Source: Haliotis cracherodii (lineage: Eukaryota). Taken from it: a DNA stretch of 64,000 nt. Within the stretch, counting starts at the first letter, position 1; each line of letters opens with the position of its first letter. Of the stretch, positions 50,798 through 63,261 are shown piece after piece. Position numbers and translations under genes: made by a program. The notes under the pieces were generated by a model. It saw only the letters and a program-made list of their open reading frames with translations, was not told where the DNA came from and did no database searches. Location: contig NW_027266319.1 of assembly GCF_022045235.1 (NCBI RefSeq), forward strand, positions 41,106,001 through 41,170,000. The letters run 5' to 3'.

Positions 50798-52333
50798 ATG
50801 GACATTGATTTGACAAACAGGGATCCCAACAACATCAACGACCATATCCAGGTACTTTTTCGTTAACTTATTGAAACCGTCATTACCGACTTCTCATCTT
50901 CATCTGCCAGCTGGACAGAAACTTGATTTACCCGCTTCTTTAAGCAGGATTAACCGCTTATTACAAAGTTACATGGGGGATGAGTAATAGTTTTAAAGGA
51001 AACTTAAATCTTTGTCTAAAATATGTATAATGATATGCGTTCATACGAAATACATAAATAGGTATGCAAATATTTTTAAAAACATTCCTAACTGTAAATT
51101 ATTTCACTAAATGTTTTTATGTTATTCGGCAACAGTCATAAGAGGGATACACGCCCTGTCCTAGACTGCACATGCACCAAGGCGCTTACGTTTCTTGCCT
51201 GAGCCGCTTAGATGTGAAGGGCAGGGTACCAGTCAAGCTGTATCCAACCTTTTTCCCCATATAACATATCGCAATGCGGGATACGATGACCCAGTTTCCA
51301 TGAAGCGAGATATAAGCACCTTTGGATTGGAGTAAACATCTTACCCTTTGAGTAGAAGTATGGTTTATGGTTAAAATAGGGGCGGTCGGGTAGCCTAGTC
51401 GTTAAAGCGTTCGCTCGTCACGCCGAAGACCCGGGTTCGATTCCCGACATGGGTACAATGTGTGAAGCCCATTTCTAGTGTCCCCCGCCGTGATATTGCT
51501 GAAATGTTGCTAAAAGCGGCGTAAAACCATATTCACTCACTCACTCACTATGGTTAAAATAATCAATCACTGGATTGTCTGGTTCAGATTGGAATATTTA
51601 CATATCGCCGTCATATAGCTGGAATATTGCTGAGTGCGACTTTAAACCACAAACAAATAAACAAACAATCACTTTGCACACATATAACACCTACCAATAT
51701 ATAGGTATAGTCCCGCTCCTGACACTGACATACGAAGATGAACAAATATCAGACCCTAAGGAAGAACTGTTTAGGCCCTAGGTGGAGTAAACAGTTTTGA
51801 TCCAGTAATACGCTTATGACACTAACAATGTCCAACCATATTGTATCAAACAATCGATGAAAGCGAGAATGTCTTGCCACGTATTCTATAAACCTACACC
51901 AAGTTGTTCTGTGATAGCAAAAACATTGTTATCAGATAATGGTGTAAATCATAAAAGTCACAAGTGAAAATACATTTTTTAAACATAATTTTCTTTCTGA
52001 CACCAGGTCACCTTCGAGGATATATTGGCTGAGCCAGAGGGAATCCACAGTTTGGACTGTGTGTGGGTCAACTCCTTCAGGTGTTTCAACTGCTGGAAGA
52101 GTTGCATCTACAACCTTCTCACGTTTTTCTATGGAATCTGCATAGCTGCTCGATGGGGTTGTGAATTTGCCGTCGTCGCATTCGCACACGTCTGGATCGT
52201 CACGCCAATGTTCAAGTTCCTGGAACTAAACTGTGGCTGTATCAAGAAGTTCTACGGGATGTGCGTCCACTGTGTCTTGGACCCCTGCTGTGAGGGTTGT
52301 GGCATGATATTCCACGCATTTCAGAAACAATAG
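50798..52333 (+). CDS. Caveolin-family protein F (126 aa), join(50798-50851, 52007-52333)
   Basis: Same exon 1 peptide as E |gtactt; acceptor acaccag|; exon 2 differs from E by I>F (KKFYG); intron 1155 nt. Confidence 0.96.
51379..51549 (+). mobile_element. SINE family 1 in caveolin F intron
   Basis: Full-length; TSD TATGGTTAAAATA. Confidence 0.92.
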
Positions 52334-53329
52334 ACCATAGTGGCAACCTCGAAAACAACGACATCCTGCATACACGATCGTCTCTGATATTTGAAAATTG
52401 TTATGAGCTGGTATTTTCGACATTATTGCGCTGACATTTGGAATAATTCCAATGTTTTCGAGTACATTCAGTACACCCAGAAACACGATAGTTTTCTGCA
52501 GTGAGGGTTGTGGCATGCTTTTCCGTGAATTTGAAAAGAACTGAAGACTGAAATAAACTGCAGAGACAGTCATCATATTTTCATTATAGTTGTCATGATA
52601 CCCGGAATACCAACATATGAAAATAAATCCTAAAAACGTATGCTTTTTCTCTGTTATATGTTTTTTATATATATTTATCGAAGATTTCCCAATAGCGCAA
52701 TAACAGAGGTTAAAGTTATTATTTCATTTTTTTCACGGCATGTCAACTGTTTGAATGACTTAGACCCAAAGTGACGCAGGTTTCAATAACCAGTCCATGA
52801 TAGTTGGCTTCCTTGGGCGGACACTTTACTGCCTGGTACCCACAACGACAGATTATCATGACAACCTTGATACGCCAGCCATTAAACGAACTTTAGATAA
52901 GGATGGTTCATATTCATGCAATACCAACAGCACAGAATTCAATATTAATATTCACAACCAGGGTCTTCGGTGCGTCCAACGAACGCTGTAACCACTAGGC
53001 TACCCCGGTCGCCTCATATTACACATGTTGTACACTGAGAAAAAGTCTTGTGAATTCTACTAACTTAATTCGTTACAAAGGCCAGAAGGTTAGTTAACAG
53101 CGAATTTACAATCCTTCCTCGTAGCTATAGATTGCACGAATATTCTGAACATTAGTAAATATGACTTATTAAAATCGTTTTATACACCACTTTAACCACA
53201 CTGTAAATATGTGTAAGAATGTAAACACCTTCACACATGTTTAAAATTCAAACACATTTTAACATTTTTAGAATTTTAACATGATTAATCAAGTGCATAT
53301 TATCATCAGGCTATAAGAGAGATAAATAT

Positions 53330-53397
53330 ATGGATGTCAACTTCTTTATTATGTGGAACACAACGTTTCGGAGAATATGCTTACTTCTTGATCAGGC
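53330..53397 (-). ncRNA. Second Penelope-type hammerhead ribozyme remnant
   Basis: Minus strand CCTGATCAAGAAGTAAGCATATTCTCCGAAACGTTGTG, homologous to the 26987 copy. Confidence 0.55.
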
Positions 53398-55274
53398 AAT
53401 AAGTCAAATATGGATGAGATATATAAAATGTTTTGAAATTAGATGTGCAAATCAGATTCACGAGCTCTTGCATGACACATATACCACTTGACATAATATT
53501 AACATAAAAAAGTACAAATAAAGGAAGCTCCTGATGACTCGGAAAATTGACACGTATGACGTAGCACGGGTGGTAACGTGACGGACTGCAAATTAAGAGG
53601 CTGCAGGTTCGGATCCCACTGAGGTTTAAAATTCTTTGTGTTCATGAATGAGTTGACGCTGTATGCACTAACAGTATTTCTCTCCTACAGGAAGCTGACA
53701 ATAAAAGTGTATCTGATTACCAGTTCACCTTTATTAGTTAATGACAATATGACACCTAGTAAAAAAAAAAATTCTAACTGATTAGTAAAGTCTACCAACA
53801 TGTTAATGTCTGAGTGGACAGTGACATTCACATCCTAAGTTAGTTATTTTTGTTTCTTTGTTGTTTAACGCCGCACTCAGCAATATTCAATTTTTATTCG
53901 TTTATTCGTCGAAATGTCGATAAGAATAATTATTGTTTTTAGTTTCAACACGTTTTTAGTCCAACGATGGGACTCCTAAACTGCCCAACATACACCATAA
54001 TATTTTAAATACATGTGTAGCAGCACTAAGCACAGCTATTGATAATATGAAAGCTTCTGACAATCTCCCACCATCTTTGTACTTTTTAAATTTTAATGTG
54101 TGTGGGATAAGCAAACGATTAGAATACCCCTAATTCATGGATCCACTTGATGAAAATGATATACTAGGCCTCCAAGAAACTCAAACTGATGTATTGAATG
54201 ATGTCCAAATACACAGTTTTCATGTTTATCACCAACGTAGGAGCAGTGCTTCGAGAATATCAGGAGATAACGGTTTTGCAATAAAAGAAACATATGCTAA
54301 CTATGCCCACCTCATTGGGGAAATGTAAGAATATATTCTCTGGGTTAATATTTCAAAAGAGTAAGATATGTATTCAGGAGTAGTATATATTCCACCCGAA
54401 AACTCGGGTGACTACTATGAACTTAAACAATCTGTATTACACACTTTCCCCTTGAGTGATTATGTTGTATTGATTTCAACGCTAAAACGTGTAACCTGTG
54501 TGCCTATTGTACTGGAGTTGGCTATGGATATAGATGATTAGAGATCTGAACTCCAACCTAAAGCAGAACTCGATGACCTTTCTTTTTCAAGGGTTAGGTC
54601 GTCGAAAGATATATCACGGGTTAATAATTCAGAAGCAAAATTGATAAACATATGCCAGAATGAGAGGTTATTTATACAATGGACGTATGGGACAAGATAA
54701 AATGATAGGAAAGATTACATGTCTGGACAAGAGTGTGATCGATTATGTAATCTCATCGACAATGTGTCATCATCTATTTAATGGTTTTGAAATCAAACGT
54801 TACAGCTCATTGTTTTCAGATGTACACCGCCCAATAAGGTTATCTCTAGATCAATCAAAATGTCCTGAAAATCAAAACCTCACTTCAGAAACGGGCAAAA
54901 ATAACTCGGTAAGTGAACTTGAGCCCAAAAGATTTGAGAATACTAAAAGCCCGATATATTTTGATAATATCGCTAGAACCCGTGTTGTCTTGTCAAACTA
55001 GCAAGGTCATCGTGTTTGGGAGTCGCTGACACAAGCGCCGTGAATGACAGAGCAACCGAATCGCACATGTGCTTGTCGACGTTCCGCGTGCAGCATTCGG
55101 GGTGAGACCTTGTTACCCGTGTGATGCGCAGGCTCTCACTAAGAGAAAGCAGGACATAGGTTCGGTCACGAATGTAAAAAAATAAGGGAATTACTTCCGT
55201 GAGGCTAAAAAAGAAATTTAAGAAAACTAACACAAACTAGAATGCTTTTCCGAGAGCAGTCTGAGGCATATAAG

Positions 55275-55441
55275 AGTGAGTGAGTGAGTATGCTTTTACG
55301 CCGCTTTTAACAATATTCCAGCAATATCACAGCGGGGGACACCAGAAATGGGCTTCACACATTGTACCCATGTGGGGAATCGAACCTGGGTCTTCGGCGT
55401 GACGAGCGAACGCTTTAACCACTAGGCTACCCGACCGCCCC
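55275..55441 (-). mobile_element. SINE family 1 nested in the LINE
   Basis: Full-length consensus match. Confidence 0.9.
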
Positions 55442-56928
55442 GAGGCGGAAATACGAAGCCAACATATAAAGAAACATAGAACGATTTATGCAATTTATTT
55501 ACAGCCATAGTCCAAGTGAAATTTGGAACGCTCTCAACAAGAATAAGAGTAAGGGGAATAATATTGAGCCCGATATGCAGACATGAGCACTAAAAAGATA
55601 TAAATAAAGACATGAATACAGACACAATAATTGATGAAGAATATCCAAATACTACTAAACACGATGATCAAATGCTCAATTGTGATATCACAATAGAAGA
55701 AATATGTAAAATGTAAAAAGGTTGACAAATAACAAAGCTTTTGGTATAGATCTCATAGTAAATAACTATATGGTAAACTCCTTAGAATTATTAGCACCCG
55801 TATATCTTGATTACTTTAATGCCGTGTTCAATACCGGAAACATACCAGATGCATGGCTTACCGGTGTGGTCAAGCCAGTTTTTAAAAAGAAAGGAAACCC
55901 ACTAGATCTCTTACAGACCTATCACAATTTCGAGTTGATTGGGGAAATTGTTTCCCAGTACACTTAATACACGATTGTCACTTTTCACTGATAACAATAA
56001 CATCCTGTCTCCCGCAAAAACTGGATTTAGGAAACACTTCTCAACAGTAGACACCATGTTTATCATCAATATGTTTATGCAGAGCCTTAGGCATATCAAA
56101 CAAAAGTTTGTATCGTGCTTTTATAGATTTCACCAAGGCTTTTGACAAAGTGTGGAGAATAGGTCTTTGAAAATTTGAAAAGTGACGTCAGAGGTAAATG
56201 TCTCATTCTAATTAACAAATTGTACAGCGGTAATAAATCATGTGTTGTAGTAACAAAAGGAAACATCAGATTTTTCCCAAGTCTTTCCCGAGTAAGACAA
56301 GGAGAACGTTTTCCCCAATTACTATTTTAATTGTCTCTTAATAACCTCGAGCAATCGCTATTAGAACATAGCTGTCTTGATGCAAAAATGTTGATTGCAA
56401 GCTTGGTTATGATGCAACCTTATTATTACAATTTAAAATTTTACTGTATGCTGATGCAGTCTTATTTAGTCGATGCCCCGCTGACATACAGAAAACTCTC
56501 GACTCGTTTAGAATATACTGCACTAAATGGAAATTAGATGTGAACTTTTCACGAAAATGTGAACGGAAATTATATATTTGGCAGTGGTCCTGCTAAACGA
56601 AGTAAACTCCAGTTCCTGTTTGTTAGAAAACATCTCGAGATAGTAGATAACGATGTGGGCATAACATTCCATAGAAATCGAAGGATGACAAGCGCAATCA
56701 AATCTATTACCTTTAATGACAAGAAAGCTGTGTTCTGTCTCCTGCAAGAAATATTAATTAACCTCTCGATTACCTTATCTCGGCTTTTGATTCTTGAGCG
56801 TTTTCATTTAAAATTTCTAAAATGTGGATTAGATTAAGAGCATCAACTCCAAATTTTATGGTTAATGGGGAATTATGCAGGTAACCTCTACACATAACTA
56901 TCTGAAAAAGTGTAATTAACTTCTGGAG

Positions 56929-57160
56929 ACCCGTGAAGATCCGGGGTAGAATAGGTCTTCAGCAATCCATGCTTGCCGTAAAAAGCGACTCTGCTTGCCG
57001 TAAGAGGCGATTAACGGAATCGGGTGGTCAGGCTCGCTGACTTGGTTGATGCATGTCATCGATTGCGTGGATGGATGTTCATGATGTCAATCACTGGATT
57101 GTCTGGTCCAGACTCGATTATTTACAGACCACCATCATATAGCTGGACTATTGCTGCTGA
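56929..57160 (+). mobile_element. SINE family 3 nested in the LINE
   Basis: ACCCGTGAAGATCCGGGGTAGAATAGGTCTTCAGC head and body. Confidence 0.87.
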
Positions 57161-58046
57161 GTGATTGATATGAGTCATACCTCGCTAGTATGGATCAAAC
57201 CTATATTAAATAACTCTGGACTTACACACGTATTCTACAACCCTATCACCTGTAATACTACATGGCTGGGTGCTGAGGTAGGCGAGCTATTACAGGGTCA
57301 GTTCGTACAAGAAAGGAGATGCATCATGGCATTGAGCAGTAAAGGTTACATTTATCGGTATCTGACAGAAAACACAACATTTGATAGATAAATCTAAATG
57401 ACAACAGATATGTATATTCCAATCCTAAAATCCAGAACATATAACCATAACTTATCAATTGAAACCGGCCGTTGGAATAATGTAAAGAAGAAAATCGTGT
57501 ATATGAACTGCGCAACTCTCCTTCAGTTGCAGACTAATTTCATTATCTGTTTAGATGCGAGGCTCTGTTAAAACATAGACGTGTATACTAACTTATTGCT
57601 TACCAGAGTAAATGGTCTAATTTGTATACATTTAAGAGGTTATTGTCCTGTCAAAATGCTATTGATCTTAAAAACCTGTCGAGATTTATCGATGAAATAT
57701 TTGAAGAAGTACAAAAACACAAATGGAAAAGAAACTATATCCACCCATCACATAGTGTCATCTTGTCACATATTAATATTTTTGTGTGTACACACTTATT
57801 CTTTTGTACCACTGCCGGTGGTCTGGAGAGAATACACTGTTTCTGATGCAACATATGCACTTTTACTGGACAACCTCTGCGAATTTATTACTTCCATAAA
57901 TTTACATTATACAAAAATCAGACACAACCAGATGGCGGATTCTAATACTTCGCCTATTTTGTTGTATTTGAACAAATTCCTAGATCGATTAATTTTGTAT
58001 TTTGGTTACACATTCAACAGACACATAACTATAGTGAGTGAAATCT

Positions 58047-58309
58047 GTTTGTTTGTTTGTCTCATGTTCAACGCCGCACTCAACAATATTCCAGATATAT
58101 GATGACGGTCTGTAAATAATCGTGTCTGCACCAGTGATTGACATCATGCGCATCGATCGACACACTTAGGATACGATGACATGCTTCAACCAAGTCAGCG
58201 AGCCTGACCTCCCGATCCCGTTAGTCGCCTCTTACGACAAGCAATGTCGACTCTGACGGCAAGCATGGGTTGATGAAGACCTATTCTCTACCTGGATCTT
58301 CAGGGGTCC
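58047..58309 (-). mobile_element. SINE family 3 upstream of caveolin G
   Basis: Full-length reverse-complement match. Confidence 0.87.
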
Positions 58310-58466
58310 GTATGTGAAATAACCTGCTTGTAACTGGGCATTAAGCGCCCCGCCGCGAGCACAATACTCAGTTTATCTGTTATGTAATGATCCTCTGAGT
58401 GTTTACATTTGTAACTATGCAGGGATTAGATTTGCCTCCTTGGATACAGTTGCTAACATGAATGAA

Positions 58467-58472
58467 TATAAA
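58467..58472 (+). promoter_or_regulatory. Probable TATA box of caveolin G
   Basis: TATAAA retained although neighbouring bases differ from E/F. Confidence 0.65.
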
Positions 58473-58542
58473 GTCTTTGGTCACAAAATAAGGTCATCAG
58501 CTGATCACAGACCTCGGAGTTGACCACACACCTAGCTCAGCC

Positions 58543-60820
58543 ATGGACATTGATTTGACAAACAGGGATCCCAACAACATCAACGACCATATCCAGGTAA
58601 TGAACTGTAAGACTACCTGTAATCTTACGAAGAGGTTTAACACGTAGAATGCAGTAAGCAATGAAAATAGAAATGGTTGGAGTAATCAGGTGTACGACAT
58701 ACAAACTAAACTTAGCACTTTCTTGGAGGTATGACTGGTACCACTGGTAATAGGAAAGCTAGAGCATTATCATCAATGAAAACACGCATTTACTGATCAG
58801 TGCGATTTGGTTTTATTGGTGACAACTCACGGGCAAGCATACTTCAACATAATTATAACAGTATATCATAATGGCATATACGCTTCACAACTTATTGTAA
58901 CCACAATTGAACTGATATTTGAATTGCATATATATAGAGGTTATCACGCGAGTGTGTTTGGGGATGGTAAATATCCTGCAGTAGGAATAAACATTGTATT
59001 TAGCGAGCCTTGGCGAGCTAAATACATAGTGTTTATTTCTAATGCAGGATATTTACCATCCCCAAACACACAAGCGTGATAACCTCTTTATCATATAATG
59101 TCATTCTTTAATTCTGTGTTTCAAAATCGCTTTCCCTCTCTCACAAACATTACCGAAACATTGCGAGTTTTCCTGGAATGCGCGCATTAATAATTATTAC
59201 GTCACAGGGTAAGTGATGTGTCAGCCGGACAGTGACAGTAGCCAGTATAGTTCCAACTAAAATCTTTTTCTTATACAGTGGCGAAGCAACATATACGCAA
59301 AACAACAGTTGTTTTAAATTGCCTTTCGCGGCAATCCATCGGTCTATTCGCTAGAGTAACTGCCCTTTGTCAAAGGGAAACTACTCTAAACCTAGTCTAT
59401 GAGACGTCACGGCCACAGTCAGATGTTGTTGACAGTCGGTCTGTTCTGTCATAACGTTAAGAAGTGTAGTCAGATGTACACACGGCGACAAAACGAAACA
59501 AGGTAACAATTCAAACATATTTCGGCCAAATACAACTATTTTAATTTGGGGAGAAGGTTTCAAGCCGCAGAGGTCTACAAGCACAGATATGGCTACTGAT
59601 CCCGCTTGGCTCGTCCTCGTGCCCTCGCAAAATTGTTTCGAAATTTATATCTCCAAAGTTGCCAAAACTTATAAAATGCCTTAGCCACGTCACAGTTAGA
59701 CACTGATTTTCAGTATGTTAGACTGTTTTTTTTATAATGATAGCAATTATCCCTGTAGTTTATCCAGATTCCCGATGGTTAATTCTGACTCGATCACCGA
59801 ATGACGAGGGCGACCCCATGTTTGTTTATAAACAGTGAAAGTAGTCCTACTTGACCTTTGATATTTGCATCTCTATCCGCATATGACCCCAACGGATATC
59901 GTTTTTATCCGTTGGCCTTATCCTGTCGAGAAACCTACCCATTATATAATAAATGTAAGTACATGATGTATTAGACAATGAGGCGCATACCTGAATACAG
60001 TAAATACGGTTTTAACGAACGCAAAAGGACAACTTATTCTGTTCCTTATAACCGAAGTTCGTTATAAGCATATATACAGCATGTGGGCGGGACCCAAAGT
60101 TCGTTATATGCGTCAGTTCGTTATAAGCATGTTCGGTATAAACGTAGTTTACTGTATACAGTTTGCAATAAAAGACATTATCCTTACCCGGTTAATGAGA
60201 ATGGGTTCATTACCAAACACTTACATTCAAGAAGATCAGGCATAAGAGATGAATATTCATCATTGATTTATTTATTTACACTTTACTGGCTGCTTGCGTC
60301 AAGAGCAAGTTTGATTAAATAGATTTGTTTCGAATATAATATTTCATATTTAATATGAATATATGTGCAACTGATTGGCAATTATCGTATAAAAATATTG
60401 TTGTATAATTGATCTGGAATGTGATTTTACACCAAAGCAAAAAGAAATCAGAGATTTAATTTTTGGTAAATATTATTACATTTCTCACTACAGGTTACCT
60501 TCGAGGATATATTGGCTGAGCCAGAGGGAATCCACAGTTTGGACTGTGTGTGGGTCAACTCCTTCAGGTGTTTCAACTGCTGGAAGAGTTGCATCTACAA
60601 CCTTCTCACGTTTTTCTATGGAATCTGCATAGCTGCTCGATGGGGTTGTGAATTTGCCGTCGTCGCATTCGCACACGTCTGGATCGTCACGCCAATGTTC
60701 AAGTTCCTGGAACTAAACTGTGGCTGTATCAAGAAGTTCTACGGGATGTGCGTCCACTGTGTCTTGGACCCCTGCTGTGAGGGTTGTGGCATGATATTCC
60801 ACGCATTTCAGAAACAATAG
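58543..60820 (+). CDS. Caveolin-family protein G (126 aa, identical to F), join(58543-58596, 60494-60820)
   Basis: Kozak GCCATGG; exon 1 |gtaatg; acceptor ctcactacag|; intron 1897 nt; AATAAA near 61129. Confidence 0.96.
58936..59087. repeat. ~150-bp near-perfect palindrome (hairpin) in caveolin G intron
   Basis: AGAGGTTATCACGC..TGTGTTTGGGGATGGTAAATATCCTGCA.. pairs with ..TGCAGGATATTTACCATCCCCAAACACAC..GCGTGATAACCTCT. Confidence 0.9.
59998..60154. mobile_element. Tc1/pogo-type MITE in caveolin G intron
   Basis: TA|CAGTAAATACGGTTTTAACGAAC...GTTCGGTATAAACGTAGTTTACTG|TA; related fragment at 31148-31225 in caveolin C intron. Confidence 0.7.
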
Positions 60821-61689
60821 ACCATAGTGGCAACCTCGAAAACATCAATAACGTACATAAACGACCGTCTCTTATATTTGAAAATGGTTTTGAGCTGGTA
60901 TTTTCGACATGGTCGTATTGCCATTTGGAATATATCCCTATGTTTTCCCTTACATTAAGTACACATAGAAACACTATAGTTTCTGCTGTGAAGGCTGTGG
61001 CATACCATTCATGCATGTAAACAGCTGAAGATTTAAAAGACAATTTTGATTAGTAATCATAATATCTGTATTTACAAATCTAAACAAATCTATATACATA
61101 AAGCTATCTGATGACATGGTACCTGGAAGAATAAAATATGAAAATAAATTCTAAAAAAATGTATGCTTTTTTCTGCTGTATTTGTTTTTTATATAAAACA
61201 TTTCTCGAAGATGGTGATTTCCCAATAGCGCAATAACAGAGGTTAAAGTTTAAGTAAGTGAGTGAGGTGGATTTAGATCTGCGTTGAACATTATTTCAAT
61301 TATGTGAGTGAGTGAGTGAGTGAGTTTAGATCTGCATTGAACATTATTTCACTTTTATCACTCCGATCCAACGTGACGCAGGTCTCAGTAACCAGTGCCT
61401 GGAAGCTTGCTTGGTGGCCATTTGTGCCTGATACACACAACGACTGTTTAGCAGGACAACCTTGTTTTGCCAGTCATTAAGCGAAATTTAGATAATGGTG
61501 GTTTATGTTCATGCAATACCAACAACACAGAATTCAATTCGCAATTACTATTCACAGAATTATGCATGATACAGTGGGTGGTGGTAGGGTAGCCTGGTGG
61601 TAAAAGCACTGGCTCGTCACGCCGAAGATCCGGGATCGTTTAACACGTGAAGCCGTAGTTGATATCCCCTTATTGTGACATTTATGTGC

Positions 61690-61948
61690 TGTTTGTTTGT
61701 TGTTTAAGCCGCACTCAGCAATATTCCAGCTTTATGACGTCGGTCTGTAAATAATCGAGTCTGAACCAGACAATCAAGTGATTGACATCATGACCATCGA
61801 TCCACGCAACTGGGATAAGATGACATGCTTCAACCAAGTCTTCGAGCCTGACATCCCGATCCCGCTCGTCGCCTATTACGAAGCATAGTCGCCTTTCACG
61901 ACCAGCATGGGTTGCTGAAGACCTATTCCACTCCGGAATTTCGCGGGT
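61690..61948 (-). mobile_element. SINE family 3
   Basis: Full-length reverse-complement match. Confidence 0.85.
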
Positions 61949-62340
61949 CTGGTCACAAAAACCGGTATAAAGCCTAGTCCAAGACGTACTCACATACTGC
62001 AAATGCTCTATTTCTGTGTTGCTACATTTAGAAATTATTATACGAGCTTGTGTGTCACACTGTTTTTACTAAACGGTGTAATACGTTCTTTTTTAACCAT
62101 TATTTAAGAAACAAACGACGAGTGGGAGTTGTTTATCGTACAATAAAACACCGTAGGGACAATAAACCATGAGGGGCGCAGCATTGTTTTATCGTTTATT
62201 TTTTGTATGTGATATCAACATTATGTACAGCCTCTTTAAAGGATGTTGATAAAATGTACAAGCTTTAAAAATATTTACCCAAATGTCAAAAATGATGACT
62301 CCCTGAATAGAATCCGACCTCGGAAATGTCGGACAAGTCA

Positions 62341-62520
62341 GGGGCGGTCGGGTAGCTTAGTGGTTAAAGCGTTCGCTCGTCACGCCGAAGACCCGGGTTC
62401 GATTCCCGACATGGGTACAATGTGTGAAGCCCATTTCTGGTGTCCCCCGCCGTGATATTGCTGGAATATTGCTAAAAGCGGCGTACAACCATACTCACTC
62501 ACTCACTCACTCACTCACTC
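62341..62520 (+). mobile_element. SINE family 1
   Basis: Full-length; TSD TCGGACAAGTC. Confidence 0.92.
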
Positions 62521-62777
62521 GGACAAGTCCCTTTTACGAACAGGTGTTCTCACAATCGATTGTCATACGTATCCCACGTTTGTATGCGATCATTTAGCCA
62601 CTGCGTTTATCTGCGTAGCCCAGCTACATCTATGCGGAACAACGTAGTACACACCTCTACAAAATAACGTCATCCAATATATGACGTCATCAAGTTGCGA
62701 GCGAATATTTGAATCTTAGGAAATGACGTCATGATTGAACAATGATTTATCGTGAAATAAACCACGCATCTCCTTCA

Positions 62778-62784
<7 letters not shown>

Positions 62785-62818
<34 letters not shown>
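62785..62818. repeat. (GA)n microsatellite
   Basis: Directly visible. Confidence 0.9.
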
Positions 62819-62820
<2 letters not shown>

Positions 62821-63261
62821 ACGTGAATAAACACATTAAAGAATATTTCCTAATTATAATTCATTTTATTAAATTACACTGTACACCTACAGTAACTATT
62901 ATAGCTATGGAACCTTGATTACTGTGTTGAAAGATGTAAATTTAGGCAAAACAAACATCGCCTGGTAATATAACTCCTAAATGATCGATACCCCCAAGGA
63001 TCGTTGTTCACGATATCAACCACGGGTTTCTCGAGTCCACATTCGACTGTTTCGGGCCGCCGTGATATAGGCTGACCAATGATGTCCGTGGCGTTAAACA
63101 CCATTCACCTTCACTGCAGCATAATGCGGCCATTTGGGATGAAAATCCCGTGAACAGTTCTATAGCATACAACTTTGATCTTTCTTATCAATGAGGATTT
63201 GTCACGGACCATATAAAATTCAAATGGAGACTGCCACAACCCGTCTGTCTGAGGGATTGCA

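Larger units (their letters stand above)
54080..57700 (+). mobile_element. Decayed LINE ORF2 (APE endonuclease + reverse transcriptase) pseudogene
   Basis: Motifs across frames: NFNVCG, ILGLQET, YIPPENS, DFNAK, NGRMGQD..SVIDY, SDVH, KAFGID, IPDAWLTGVVKPVFKK, GFRKHFST, FIDFTKAFDKV, VRQGE..SP, LLYAD, IETGRW; many stops/frameshifts and nested SINEs. Confidence 0.9.

Noticed and set aside
53560-53625. tRNA-Cys(GCA)-like sequence
   Set aside because: Stems do not pair convincingly; at best a degenerate SINE head
57581-58102. 173-aa ORF
   Set aside because: GTG start, spans LINE 3' remnant and a SINE tail, no recognisable motifs
44127-60820. E/F/G as uncollapsed alleles of one gene
   Set aside because: Introns, flanks and TE insertions differ extensively and the region between them is gap-free, so they look like true tandem paralogues
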